From contig NC_043002.1 in NCBI RefSeq assembly GCF_006345805.1, forward strand, positions 72,168,001-72,232,000: a DNA stretch of 64,000 nucleotides. The letters are read 5' to 3'. Position numbers and translations under genes: made by a program. The DNA is from Octopus sinensis. Its lineage: Eukaryota. Position 1 is the first letter of the stretch, and each line of letters starts with the position of its first letter. Shown here piece by piece: positions 63,568 through 64,000 of this stretch. A model generated the notes under the pieces. It was given only the letters and a program-made list of their open reading frames with translations, was not told the DNA's origin and did not search any database.

Positions 63568-63850
63568 CATAAGGGACTAAAGCCATCTGAATATGGCTAG
63601 GGACAGGGCAGGGTGGTGGGGTGTTACTGTTGCATTTAGCCCCAGGCGAACATCAACGTCGCCAGATAGGCTTGACACCATCACGGTGTCCTTTAACCTG
63701 CAAAGGGAGATGCAGGTTAAAGGACACCGTGATGGTGTCAAGCCTATCTGGCGACGTTGATGTTCGCCTGGGGCTAAATGCAACAGTAACACCCCCACCA
63801 CCCTGCCCTGTCCCTAGCCATATTCAGATGGCTTTAGTCCCTTATGTTAT
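63564..63850. repeat. Near-perfect palindrome, 139/140-bp arms, 8-nt loop, next to (TA)n
   Basis: Only one homopolymer indel between arms; loop aagggaga at 63703-63710. Confidence 0.97.
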
Positions 63851-63930
63851 GGAGCAGTTACTGTCTATATCTCATTTAGAGAATTATTATATATATATAT
63901 ATATATATATGTGACATTTAGTTGGTTCTA

Positions 63931-63995
63931 ATAATAAAACTCAGAGTTTCAGATACCGGAGATGAAGCCCGCCCCGGCATCTAATCAGTTATTAT
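63931..63995 (-). ncRNA. Degenerate hammerhead-like motif, third family
   Basis: AUAAUAA CUGAUU AGAUGCCGG..CCGGUAUCU GAA ACUCUGAGU U/UUAUUAU; stems I-III form but core G8 is U. Confidence 0.4.
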
Positions 63996-64000
63996 GATAA

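Overview
AT-rich eukaryotic DNA made mostly of repeats. The tRNA-derived SINE families, microsatellite load and LINE set look like an Octopus or other coleoid genome (inference from recognising the repeat families, not a database hit). No complete host gene is visible; at most there are a few small candidate exons on the + strand. Bases 1-13.3 kb are a nest of R4/Dong-type (RT + CCHC + RLE endonuclease) LINEs from several families stacked in (AAT)n tracts, with a piggyBac remnant and a full-length irritans-type mariner that splits one LINE at a TA. Further along are a second full-length mariner (mellifera-like), CR1 and RTE fragments, a terminus-to-terminus non-autonomous Helitron and many SINEs. 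Two things stand out. (1) Short non-coding elements carry minimal type-I hammerhead ribozyme motifs; one family is a tRNA-like Pol III head + (AAT)n + hammerhead tail in inverted pairs (43.9-44.5 kb, 48.9-49.9 kb), resembling Penelope-associated hammerheads and schistosome Sm-alpha. (2) There is an unusual series of fold-back palindromes of different ages (25.6, 27.4, 28.9, 33.1, 42.9, 53.0, 61.6, 63.6 kb), one of which folds back a tRNA-Leu(TAA) gene. Nearly all long ORFs outside the transposons are microsatellite artefacts.
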